64,000 nucleotides of DNA from Selaginella moellendorffii (taxonomy: Eukaryota > Plantae > Lycopodiophyta): assembly GCF_000143415.4 (NCBI RefSeq), contig NW_003314280.1, forward strand, positions 806,001 to 870,000. Reading direction: 5' to 3'. Shown here in pieces: positions 53,690-64,000 of this stretch; position 1 is the stretch's first letter; each line of letters opens with the position of its first letter. The position numbers and the translations under genes are program-made. The notes below the pieces were generated by a model. That model was given only the letters and a program-made list of their open reading frames with translations. It searched no databases and was not told where the DNA came from.

Positions 53690-53845
53690 CCACAATGCAC
53701 CCCATGGATAGAGCATTCAGCTGGAAGTCTTGAAGTTCCATAGCCGCAGCTCAGTGTCACTGGGATCAAAGCGAGGCCACTCCAGCCGCAAGAGACGAGC
53801 GCGTAGCCAGCCGTGAAGGAGCCAATGCCTGCCACAAATGCGGGC
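53690..53845 (-). pseudogene. Amino-acid transporter (AVT1-like) N-terminal fragment
   Basis: AGIGSFTAGYALVSCGWSGLALI resembles GxGxLSxPYALxxxGWxGL. No further exons found. Confidence 0.4.
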
Positions 53846-54099
53846 GAAATTATAGAATGGGAGAGTTTCTTTTAACATTGTGCCTTGTGGAGAGTTTGGG
53901 AGGAATTGGAGTCTTTGTATTGAGATTTTGAAGAAAAAAAATGGCGGCTGATGGACGATGCTTGTGAGTGGAAGGACAAATGCTCTTGGAGCTTTTGCAT
54001 GGACTTATGGTAGAAAACAAGATTACTTATCACCGTTTTAATATAGAGTCCAATGTCACCATTGGCGGTGCTGATTTCTAGGGTTTGGCGTGCGCTGGC

Positions 54100-56932
54100 A
54101 TGGCACCGTCCAGCGAGAGGACGCCATTGCTAGAGCAGCAGCAGCAGCAATTGAATGGTGCTCCATCGGTAAGATTCTGGCAATTCTCCGGCCAGGTAGA
54201 GGCAGCTGAGATTGTGGATTCATTCTTGTGAAGGGGGCGAAGGCTGCTCGTGCTCGATCAGACCTTGAGAGCGGGGATGTCCAGGTAGTCTTGAGCTGAG
54301 TTTCTCGTGTTTGCGATGACAACTCTTCGTTTTCCAGGCAGAGAATGTGGGGTTTGGGCGAATCCTTCGACTGGTAAAAAAGTTCTTCGAGCTTGCAAGA
54401 CTCAAATGCTTTGTTCTTTGGTGTTTTTTCTTCACAGGCTCGGCCAGAGTCGGGGATGCTGGCGCTCGCAACGTTTTCTCTCGTGATTTCCTCGCTATCA
54501 AATATTTTGCTGGTAAGGTGTCACTGGTTTTCCACTCGAGGTGATGACGCTGTTTGGCAGCCAAAATTTGCAGGGAACATCATCGACATTGTTACGCAGC
54601 ACCCTGGCACTCCACAAGGACGCGCCGAAGCGCTGCACGAAGTCCATGGGATTATCATAGAAATCGTCGTTATAATTCTCGTCGGGTATGTCCTTTATGG
54701 GTTTGTGGTTTTCATCCAGTTTTTGCTGGTTTGCTGGCAGCACAGCCGCAACAATGCTGAGATCTTACTTGTTCACCGCTGCAAGCGAGCGAGTTGTCGC
54801 TCGTTTGCGGAAGAACTTGTTCTCGCATCTCCTCTCGCAGGTAAGTAAGAGCATTGGCTATGGTCAGCTAGAGATCTCACCATTTTACTTCAGGAAATTG
54901 CCTTCTTTGACGTGACAAGAACAGGAGAGCTCTTGAGTAGGCTCTCTGAAGACACTCAGATAATAAAAAACGCCGCCACCGTCAACTTATCGGAGGGTCT
55001 ACGAAGTTTAGGGACGTCACTGGTTGGCCTTGGATTCATGTTTGAGACGTCGTGGCGCCTTACCCGTGTGTATGCTTTGTTTTGACACTCACTGAGTGGT
55101 CGGGAGTTTGTCTAATGTGCTCTTGTGGTCGCAGTGCTGGCGCTGGCGATTGTTCCAGCGATTTCTTTCGGCGTCAGGGCATTCGGCCGCTACGTTAGAG
55201 AGCTCTCGCACAAAACGCAGGCGGCAGCTGCGGCTGCGGGCGCTATAGCAGAGGTAAGTGTTGCGTATCCGTGCGATTTAGGCTGATCAGCTTAATTGCG
55301 ATGTTCCAGGAGGCGTTTGGAGCGGTGAGGACCGTTAGATCCTTTGCTCAAGAGAGCTACGAGTGCGCTCGTTATGGCGAGAAAGTGGACTACACGTTAA
55401 AGCTTGGAATTAGACGAGCCGTAAGTCTTTTATTGCTCCATGTTACGTTCCTAAACTTTTAAGAACTTTTCAGCTGGTTGGAGGAATTTTTGCCGGAACA
55501 GTTTCTGGTGCGTCTACACTTTCAATTGTTGCTGTTGTTGTGTATGGTGCAAACTTAACTCTGCACGATAAAATGACGACGGGATCACTCACGGCGTTTA
55601 TACTCTACAGCCTCACCGGTGAGAGAGACTCTCAATACGTATTGCTCATTTGATTTTGCTCCGCCTTTGCAGTTGGAATGTCACTAGCTTCTTTGTCCGG
55701 GCTCTACACTACTGCCATGAAAGCCGCAGGAGCTAGCAGGCGTGTTTTTCAGCTTTTAGACCGTGTGTCAACAATGCCCAAGTCCGGGAATACTTGTCCT
55801 ATGAGGTAAGCCAGAGCGTATTTGCGAATGTTGTCACATCTGTAATTTATTTTCAGTGATTCCGAGGGAGAAGTTCAGCTGGTGGATGTTTGGTTTGCGT
55901 ATCCATCCCGTCCAAAAGATTGGGTTCTTCAGGTATTAAAATCGTCTCTATCAGCATGAAACCTGTGATTCCTTTTTATTTTCCGCAGGGCGTGAACCTT
56001 TGTTTGAAACCGGGAGCAAAAGTTGCTTTAGTTGGGCCAAGCGGTGGTGGGAAGGTAATTAATCCTCCAAAAGTTTCGTAACTCCCAACTATAATGACTT
56101 TTGTTTGATGTAGACTACTATTGCTAACTTAGTAGAGAGATTTTACGATCCCCAGAAGGGAAAAGTTCTTTTCAACGGGGTGCCGTTGCCTGAAATAAGT
56201 CACCGGCATTTGCATAGAAAGGTACGTACAGTATATATAAAATATTCGCGCTCTAGATTTTCTCGTTCTTTATTCAGGTGAGTATTGTAAGCCAAGAGCC
56301 GGTGCTCTTTAATTGCACCATTGCCGAAAACATATGCTATGGGCTGGACGAGATCTCTCCTTCCGAGGAAATTCAAAGAGTATCTGTATGTTAATCGTAT
56401 CATGCGCGAATTTTTGCTATAATTCACTGCACTTGTTTTGCAGATGATGGCCAATGCTCACGAGTTCATCTGCAAATTCCCGGAGGGTTACGACACTCAC
56501 GTTGGAGAACGAGGCGTACGACTCTCGGGAGGGCAGAAGCAGCGTATTGCCATCGCAAGAGCATTGCTGATGGATCCAAGAGTCCTTCTTTTGGACGAGG
56601 CAACGAGTGCACTTGATGCGGAGAGTGAGTTCCTAGTACAGGTAAGCAAGGCATTCTCAAATCTTTGTCAAAGCAACTTCATGCTTTTTGTCTTGTCACT
56701 CTAGGATGCGATGGATCGTTTGATGAAAGGACGAACTGTCCTCGTGATCGCACACCGCTTGTCAACTGTCAAGAGCGCTGACACCGTAGCAGTAGTCACT
56801 GATGGGAAGATTGTGGAGAGCGGAACTCACGACACCTTGCTCGAGAGAAACGGGATCTACGCGGCACTAGTCAGGAGACAACTCCAGGGATCACAGAGAG
56901 AGCTTTCGCCGGACTTGGGAAATGGCATATAG
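54100..56932 (+). CDS. ABCB27: ABC half-transporter, ABCB27/ALS1 (TAP-like) type
   Basis: [11 protein letters not shown] (dileucine motif), [41 protein letters not shown], Walker [35 protein letters not shown]. Confidence 0.92.
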
Positions 56933-57903
56933 TCAGGTAACGTAACAGGCACATTCTTAAGATCGAACCTTCATAATTGCTTGTGCAGGGGAAGTTTTTA
57001 GCCTCTACTACGAGTATAAGTTCCCTCTCTCGAAACAGCTCTCGGCGGTACGACTTCTCATTGCTGTTTTTGGATGCAGTGATAGGATCCAGTCTCGGTT
57101 GGATCAAATCACTCGAGACAAAGTTTTCTCCCCACGAATTTAGTAGAACTTTGACTTGCGAGCTTCGATCGATCCAGCTTACTTACGAACAATTCAAACA
57201 AACCATTGTTTTGTTTTGTTTGTCTCTCTCTTTGTTTTGAAGAAACCCAGAAACCCAGAGCCAGCAAGCCAGGAAGGAGGAGACAGACACTCCCAAGTAA
57301 GCAAGCATGTTCTTCAAGGCTTTAAAATCGCCAGTGGCTTTCTCTTGTATTAAACAAAGAAAGGTCCCTTTACAAGCAAGGGAATATGCTGGCTATGGAG
57401 GGAGGCCGGCCCCCAAAACTTAAAAATCCCCCATTTGAATTGTTTGCTTCCGCAACGGACTTTTCAGTTCCAGTCCCTATCGCCAGCTTCTTCTCTTTTT
57501 TTTTTTCTCTCGCGTTCTTAGATTATAAGCATGCTTAAAGCTTTTAACCCTCCCAAAAACATTCAAAAACGGGCGGGATGATTTAACATGTGCCACGTCG
57601 GCAAAGACATGGCATAAAGCTGGCCCTTGGATGCGGCTCATCGACGGCCAATGCCGTTGCGGCTTCCCTTCCCCTAATCTTTAGCTCGCTGCGCTGGGGC
57701 GTCTAGCTCGATCGATCGATCGATCCACACTCTCTCCGCGGCTACTGATGCCCGGATTTGCTCGGCGATCGGATTGATGCTGTTGCTGGCCGCGCCTGCG
57801 ATGACCCCCGGGGGAGATGCCTGGCAATGCCTGTGCCGCTGCGCCACCAGGGCCGCCCGGGTGAGCGAGTAGCAGATCTGGAAGGGAAAAGAAGCTGCAA
57901 GAG

Positions 57904-59790
57904 ATGGCGTCCAAGCGATCTGCCATGGACGACGACGCGCGCCTGGCGGCGGCGCCTTCCACTCAGGCCAAGAAGCGCCCGGCGCTGGCCAGTCTTTCCA
58001 ACTCGTGCAATGTGCCAGTGGTTCGCCCCGCCATGGCTGCCGCCGCCGCGCAGGTAAGCGTAGCAGTGCCGAGTTCTTCGCTTTCTTGGGTCGAATACTT
58101 CTTGGGCTGTGGCAGATTGTGGGAAAGGCCAAGGCTTTATGCGCAGGGGACGAGAACGCCCCATCTTTGATGCATCGCGAAGCTCAGCAGCTTTTACAGA
58201 TCGATGAAACGTTTGAGTCTCCGGCTGCCAAGGCGAATCCGGCCGCTGTCGCTTCCTTGGAGCGTAAAACGGTGCAAAGTTTGTACATTTCGAGCTCGCG
58301 ATCTTCAGGTAGGAATGAAAGAACGCTTCTTTCTTTTTATCCTTGTGGCAACAAAAGTTTCTTTTTTTTTTCCTTTGTTTGTAGAAACATTGCTCAAGAG
58401 CTTCAAAGACATTGATCTGGAAAACAAGGACCCCCAGATGTGTGGAGTTTATGCCACAGAGATCTACCACCATCTCCGAATCAGAGAGGTTTGTAGTTTA
58501 TGTTCTTCTCGTTCTTTTTTTTCTTGTTGGATTTTTGGTTGTTGGTTGATTGTCTAACAATCATAATTTGATTGTGTTGCTCCGCCAGCTGAAACGAAGG
58601 CCAACAACTAATTTTATGGAAGTCGTGCAACGAGATATCAACGCTAGCATGCGAGGAATTCTAGTGGATTGGCTGGTGGAGGTAATGCATTCGGCTTTCT
58701 TCTTTGTTTGTTCTTGTGATCTGTTCTTGACTGGAATTTCCTGCGGTGATTTTCCTCTTCGCAGGTTGCCGAGGAGTACAAGCTTGTACCCGACACACTA
58801 TATCTAACTGTTTCATATATAGATCGTTACCTTTCTGCAAACGTTGTCAATCGTCAACGGTTACAGCTGCTTGGAGTTTCTTGCATGCTTATTGCCGCGT
58901 ACGTTCATTGTTATAAGCCCGGGCATGCAGTGTAAAAGGCGAGTTTTTTTTCCTTTCAGAAAATACGAGGAGATTTGTGCTCCCCAGGTTGAGGAATTTT
59001 GCTACATAACCGACAATACGTACTCGAAGGAGGAGGTATGTTGAGTTGCTTTCTCTCATTGATTAGATCTAATCTGTTTCTTTGGACAGGTTCTTATCAT
59101 GGAGAGACAAGTACTGAACAATTTGCGGTTTGAGCTTACTACTCCCACGATCAAGACATTCCTAAGGTGAGGACTTTACGTTTTGCACTGGTTGTATTAA
59201 CAACTCTGAATTAGACGGTTCATGCGGGCAGCGCAGGCTTCTTACCACGTAAGTTTTTGAGTTGCAAACTAGTGGAGTGTTTCTTATTTGCTTATCTTTT
59301 CTCAGACCCCGTCTCTTCAGCTGGAATTCCTTGGCAATTTTCTAGCCGAACTCAGCCTCGTTGAGTACACATTCCTCAAGTACAAGCCATCGATGATCGC
59401 TGCGTCGGCCGTTTTCCTTGCAAAGCTTACAGTCGACCCCACTGAAGATCCTTGGGTAAGCCATTTTTTAGCGGATCACATATCAACAAAATAAATTCTT
59501 GTCTGTTCCAGAATGGAACGTTACGACACTACACCGGATATTGTGCGTCAGAGTTAGCACAGTGTGTGCGCGACATTCATGAGCTGCAGTGTAACACCAA
59601 AGGCTGTGGCCTACCGGCTGTGAGAGAAAAGTACAAGCAGCACAAAGTAAAGTTTTTTCACCGCTCCATATCTACCAGAAGTTTTTCCATCTCACGGACT
59701 TCTTCTCAATCGTTTCTGCAGTTCAAATGCGTCGCAACTTTGGCAGCTCCATCGCCTATCGCTGCGGAGAAATTCGAGGACGAGGTGTAG
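57904..59790 (+). CDS. CYCA: A-type cyclin (copy B)
   Basis: KKRPALASLSN D-box and cyclin box [18 protein letters not shown]. Paralog of 48723-50619. Confidence 0.95.
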
Positions 59791-59973
59791 AAGAGTTGGG
59801 GGCGGTGCTCGTAAACTAAGAGCACACTTGTACACTGGTACTTTTACTAACTTTATGGAGACAAATTCTTTATTTTCTTCCTTTGGTGATTTTTATTCCA
59901 TTGACGACGCTTACACAGTCAGCAGCAGCAGAGTTTCGATCGATCCAGCGGCGAGTTTGGGTCGTGAGATTCG

Positions 59974-60361
59974 TCACGGGACAGTGTAATCTGCCAGATA
60001 AATCAGTGTTCGTGAGACGCGAGACAAGATCTGGAAGAGGAGCGAAGGGCTTACTTCCACATTTAAATCCGTGTGGGATGTTTCGGCCGCACGTAGCAGC
60101 GATGTGGACGACCCTCTTCATGTTGACGAGGCGGACGACCATGGGCGTGACGTAGCGGCAAACGCAGCGCGTGTCGGCGGCCAGAATCGCGTCGCAGCAA
60201 TCCTTGGTGGGCGCCTCCGGATCGTTGCTGCCCAGGAGAGCGCTGCAATCGTTGGCCAAGCTCGCCATTTGGGTGCTGCAGCTGGCAGCGTCGATCGATC
60301 GGGCGGCAATGGCCACGAAGATCGCGAAGAAGAAGACGATCCAGCAAGCTCGAGCACCCAT
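59974..60361 (-). CDS. nsLTP-like 8-Cys secreted protein, 2 exons
   Basis: MGARACWIVFFFAIFVAIAA signal, C-C-CC-CVC-C-C. Intron then NYTVP*. Confidence 0.88.
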
Positions 60362-60643
60362 TTCCTTCACTGTTCTTCCCTCCAGAGGGGAGGGGGTGGA
60401 TTTAAATAAAAAAGCGCGCGAGCGAGGAGGGTAGGTTTCTGGATCGTAACGTTCTCGGGAATCAGCGGCTGGGATCTGGGGGATGTTACGAATCGGGTGG
60501 CTGATTCTGGCCCGGAATCTATCCGCTACCCCTGTTCTAGGGCTCTTGGGAACGAGAAGATAGAAGGTACGAATGGTCTCAGCTCCTCGGCAAATGGAGC
60601 TGCCGCATTCCAACCGCGATTTCTCTTTGCAGAAGGGCAGGGG

Positions 60644-61147
60644 ATGGCAGCGATACCGGCAGCAGCAGCGGCGGCGGCGGCGATTTGCCCTCTCGTCTCG
60701 ATTCAGTCGCGGCGGCGGCGGTGGCGGCTGGGCCGAATTGCCGTGCGCGCGGCGGCGAGTGAGGAGGTGGCCGTGCACACGGTGACCGTCCACGATCGGC
60801 AGCGAGGGCTTGTGCATCGGTTCCAGGTGCCGGAGGATCAGTACATCCTCCACACCGCCGAGGGGGAGGAGATCGAGCTGCCGTTTTCGTGCCGGCATGG
60901 GTGCTGCACGGCGTGCGCGGTGAGGATCAAGTCGGGGAAGATCAATCAGCCCGAGGCGCTGGGGATCTCGGCGGAGCTCAAGGCGCAGGGGTATGGGCTG
61001 CTGTGCGTGGGCTATCCTCTGTCGGACGTGGAGGTGGAAACCCAGGACGAGGACGAGGTGTATTGGCTCCAGTTTGGGCGATACTTTGCGCGGGGGCCTG
61101 TGGAGCGCGACGATTATGCCCTGGAGCTTGCCACTGGGGATGAGTGA
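60644..61147 (+). CDS. FdC2: Plastid ferredoxin C2 (2Fe-2S, C-terminally extended), intronless
   Basis: Ala/Arg transit peptide, LPFSCRHGCCTACA, ETQDEDEVYWLQFGRYFARGPVERDDYALELA. Confidence 0.93.
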   Translation: MAAIPAAAAAAAAICPLVSIQSRRRRWRLGRIAVRAAASEEVAVHTVTVHDRQRGLVHRFQVPEDQYILHTAEGEEIELPFSCRHGCCTACAVRIKSGKINQPEALGISAELKAQGYGLLCVGYPLSDVEVETQDEDEVYWLQFGRYFARGPVERDDYALELATGDE

Positions 61148-61612
61148 GCGAGATAAATTTTGTGCTTATAATTTATAAACATGTTTATAGTATAGTATAA
61201 AACTTGGGTTTAGACTGAGCTAATTTAATGATTCTAGTATTTTATAGAAATATTTTTTAAATTTAAACTGAATTTTCCTAACTACTTTTTGCAGCAAGAA
61301 TCAATGCACAAAACCTAGTCAATGAAAAGTCAATGTACAGAACCTAGTCAATGCAAAGTCAATAAAAATCAGAAAGTAGACAGAAAATCTTTTCAACGGA
61401 ATATCTTCTCATTGGCCATGACGGATGAAACTTTTGTAAGAATTTTTGCGGGACGCCACGAGTAGTTTTTTGGCATTTCAATGAAAATATTTTCTTCATT
61501 TCACTCTTGAAAACCAGTGATTTTCATTTTATAACAATGGTTGTATATTCGAATGTACAAGGTGACTGCGAAAAGAAAAATAAAAATGAAAATTGGATGT
61601 GTACGCAGTTCT

Positions 61613-64000
61613 CTAGAACTGGTAGCAACTGGACTTGGAGTAGCCGTGCTTGGCCAGGTTTGGGAGGCAAGCCAGATCGATCATCGCCGGCGGGCCACAC
61701 ATGAACGCCACCGCCTCGTCCGACCCTCTGGCTAGGTGATCCCGGACAACCTCCTCGCTGATGTATCCCACACTGTACTTCCAATTGCTCGGCTCGCGAG
61801 GATGACTCAGGACGTACCACACCCGGAACTTGGCGGCGTGGCTCTCAGCCCACGAATCCAACTCCGCTCGCAGCATTATATCCTCGTCCGTCCGGTTGGC
61901 GTAGACGAGCGAGATCCGGGTGGTGTCCTCCTTGTCTCGAAGAATCGCCTTGATCACCTGGTAGACCGGCGTGATCCCAGTCCCTCCCGCGAGCATGGCG
62001 ATGTCGCTCGCAAACTTTGCGTCGCCGTTGACGGTGAACTTCCCCCGCCCGAGGTACTGGATGTGTCCGATCGGTCCCTTGAGATTGATCGAGTCGCCGA
62101 TGGCGAGCGAGTCGAGGTGCTGGGACATGATCCCTCCGCCCGGGAAGTTTGGGTGGACGTTCTTGTAGTAGACCCGGATGAGGAGCTCGACGTGGCCGAT
62201 GGAGTCCTCGTCGTCGTCCGAGGAGATCGGCGTGTAGGCGCGGATGCAGAGCTTGGAGTTGACGGTGGCGGAGACGAGGACGTGCTTGCCAGTAGGGAGG
62301 CCGAGGACTTGATCGCGGGATGGGAGAGCGAAGCGGAGGCGGCGGAGATCCGCGCTGATGTTCACGCGCGCGACGAGCTTGCAGGGGATGTTCTGCCGCG
62401 GGTTGAGCGCCACTGGCCTCGATGCCGGGAGGGCTTCCAGGATTGGAGCGAGCGTGTTGAGGCTGAGCGCCGAGAGCGCCCGGTTGCCGCCGTGGAGCGA
62501 CGTCTCCGGGCTCGTGTCCGCCGACGAGAAGCTCCCGGCCGTGCTCACGAGCTCCCCAATCTTATAGTCCTCGAGCAGCGCCTTGGCGCGGGCCGAGTGG
62601 ATGGCCTCGAACTCCTCCGTGCAGTCGGTGCCGGCGTTGATGAGGATGCTGTCTGCGCCGCCGGGGTGATCCTTGAGGAAGGACGTGCAGTCGTAGACGG
62701 AGCTGTTGACGACGATCCAGGGCGAGTCGGGCTTGCTGTGCTTGCGCACCTCGGACATGGTGATGGAGGAGAGGCCCTGGTTGAGGAAGGGCGAGGAGGC
62801 GCTCTTGATCATGGCCTTGCCGGGCTTGCTCGACGCAATCAGGTCGCTGCTCTTGGTCTCCTCTTCCTTTTGCTTCACCATCCAGCCGCCGGGCTGGTTG
62901 CCCGGCCGCGTCGGGTGCTCGAACGCCAGCGCCACGCCCCCCAGCTTCCCCTTGCAGGGATGGACCTTCACCCGGAACCAGCAGTTGTTCATCATCCCCT
63001 GCCACCATAGCCCGAGAGATCGAACCATCAGAACTACCGATCAATCCCAAAGATCCACTGCCACTTACCATGAGGTTCCAGATGAGCTCCTTGGGCTGCG
63101 TGTTCATGCTCTCGTCCCACGCGCGCACCGCGATCTCCCGCGCCTGGAGGAGCTCCATCGCCTCCACGCCCAGCTCCCAGAAGCTCCAACACCAGTGCTT
63201 GCCATACTTGGTGGGCCGCTCCGGGTGCGTCAGATCCGCCAGCGCCCACGTCTCGCCGCCGTCGAGCGTCACCTCAACCCTGATCACCTTCCTCCCGCCC
63301 CCTGCCATCGCCATTTTCAAAAGTCAGCATATTCTCGTGCAAAATATCTCCCGTACCGGAATATGCGTAGCCGCTCATCTTGTACGGCGACTGTATCGAC
63401 ACCGGGTTGATGGGCAGGCTGTCGCCGTGCGCGGGAGTGGTGATAACCGAGTTGATGTTGAGCTCGTTGATCACATACTCGGGCCTCTTCCACCACCCTA
63501 GAAATGGAGCAAAACAAAAAAAAAACAAAAATGGAGATGAGAGCGAGCTCTTCCCAGATTCTTGGAGTGGAGATTCTATGACGCGAGAGAAACAAAAGAG
63601 ATGGGGAACAAGGAAAGAATTATACTACTGACCTTCGGCGCTGGCAATGTCGGAATCGACGTGTGAGGGCAGCACCTTGTTGTCCTGGTAGTGGTAATAG
63701 TTGGTGGACTCGGCGGCGGTGACCTCGATCTTACGCAGCCACTTGACCATCCGGCCGCCGATCACGCCTGGGATGATCATCCGTACGGGGAAGCCGTGGT
63801 CGGGCGGGAGAGGGCGTCCGTTTTGCATGTAGGCGACTAGCACGTCCTGCGTCACGTCCATGGCCTTCTCCACCCGTATCCCCGTGCCGTACCCGTCGCC
63901 CCCGCATTTGGGGAGCGAATCCCCGCCCTCGAAGCACACGAAGCGGGCCCCGCGGCGAAGGCCGCCGCAGGCTTTGAGCACGTCGCGGAGAAGGGCGCCC
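61613..64000 (-). CDS. NIA: Assimilatory nitrate reductase (5' end beyond the window)
   Basis: Moco domain ([22 protein letters not shown]), dimer domain ([14 protein letters not shown]), cytochrome b5 (HPGG), FAD/NADH domain ([21 protein letters not shown]). Three introns visible. Confidence 0.97.

Noticed and set aside
59870-60898. 342-aa minus-strand ORF
   Set aside because: Chance fusion of FdC2 antisense sequence, promoter and the real nsLTP, which starts at 60361.
61736-63010. 424-aa + strand ORF
   Set aside because: Antisense to nitrate reductase in high-GC3 sequence.
43139-64000. Nitrogen-assimilation gene cluster (ACR11-like, FdC2, NIA)
   Set aside because: Interspersed with unrelated genes and no evidence of co-regulation. 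Proximity is expected in a compact genome.

Overview
Eukaryotic land-plant nuclear DNA. Very short (about 50-65 bp) spliceosomal introns, tight gene packing and PLS-class PPR debris suggest a lycophyte such as Selaginella (inference). Positions 1 to about 40.3 kb are three tandem copies of a ~10.5 kb module. Each copy carries a PLS-E PPR pseudogene, a mitochondrial-carrier pseudogene, an LRR fragment, AT-decayed Gypsy remnants and one intact two-exon orphan gene for a secreted, very hydrophobic 182-aa protein. Copy-specific insertions are a hAT transposon (8-bp TSD), a 4.7-kb Gypsy element, and Cassandra-like TRIM LTRs carrying 5S rRNA promoter boxes (a tandem array and a solo LTR). From 40.4 to 64 kb is an ordinary gene-dense block: strictosidine synthase-like (frameshifted), HdeD/DUF308-like membrane protein, ACR11/12-like, SR30/34-like, an Orai-like Ca2+ channel, two cyclin A genes each followed by a convergent nsLTP-like gene, an ABCB27/ALS1-like half transporter, FdC2 and nitrate reductase (5' end outside the window). 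The most notable points are the triplicated orphan gene, transition-only divergence concentrated in TE DNA, the 5S-bearing TRIM, Orai and HdeD.
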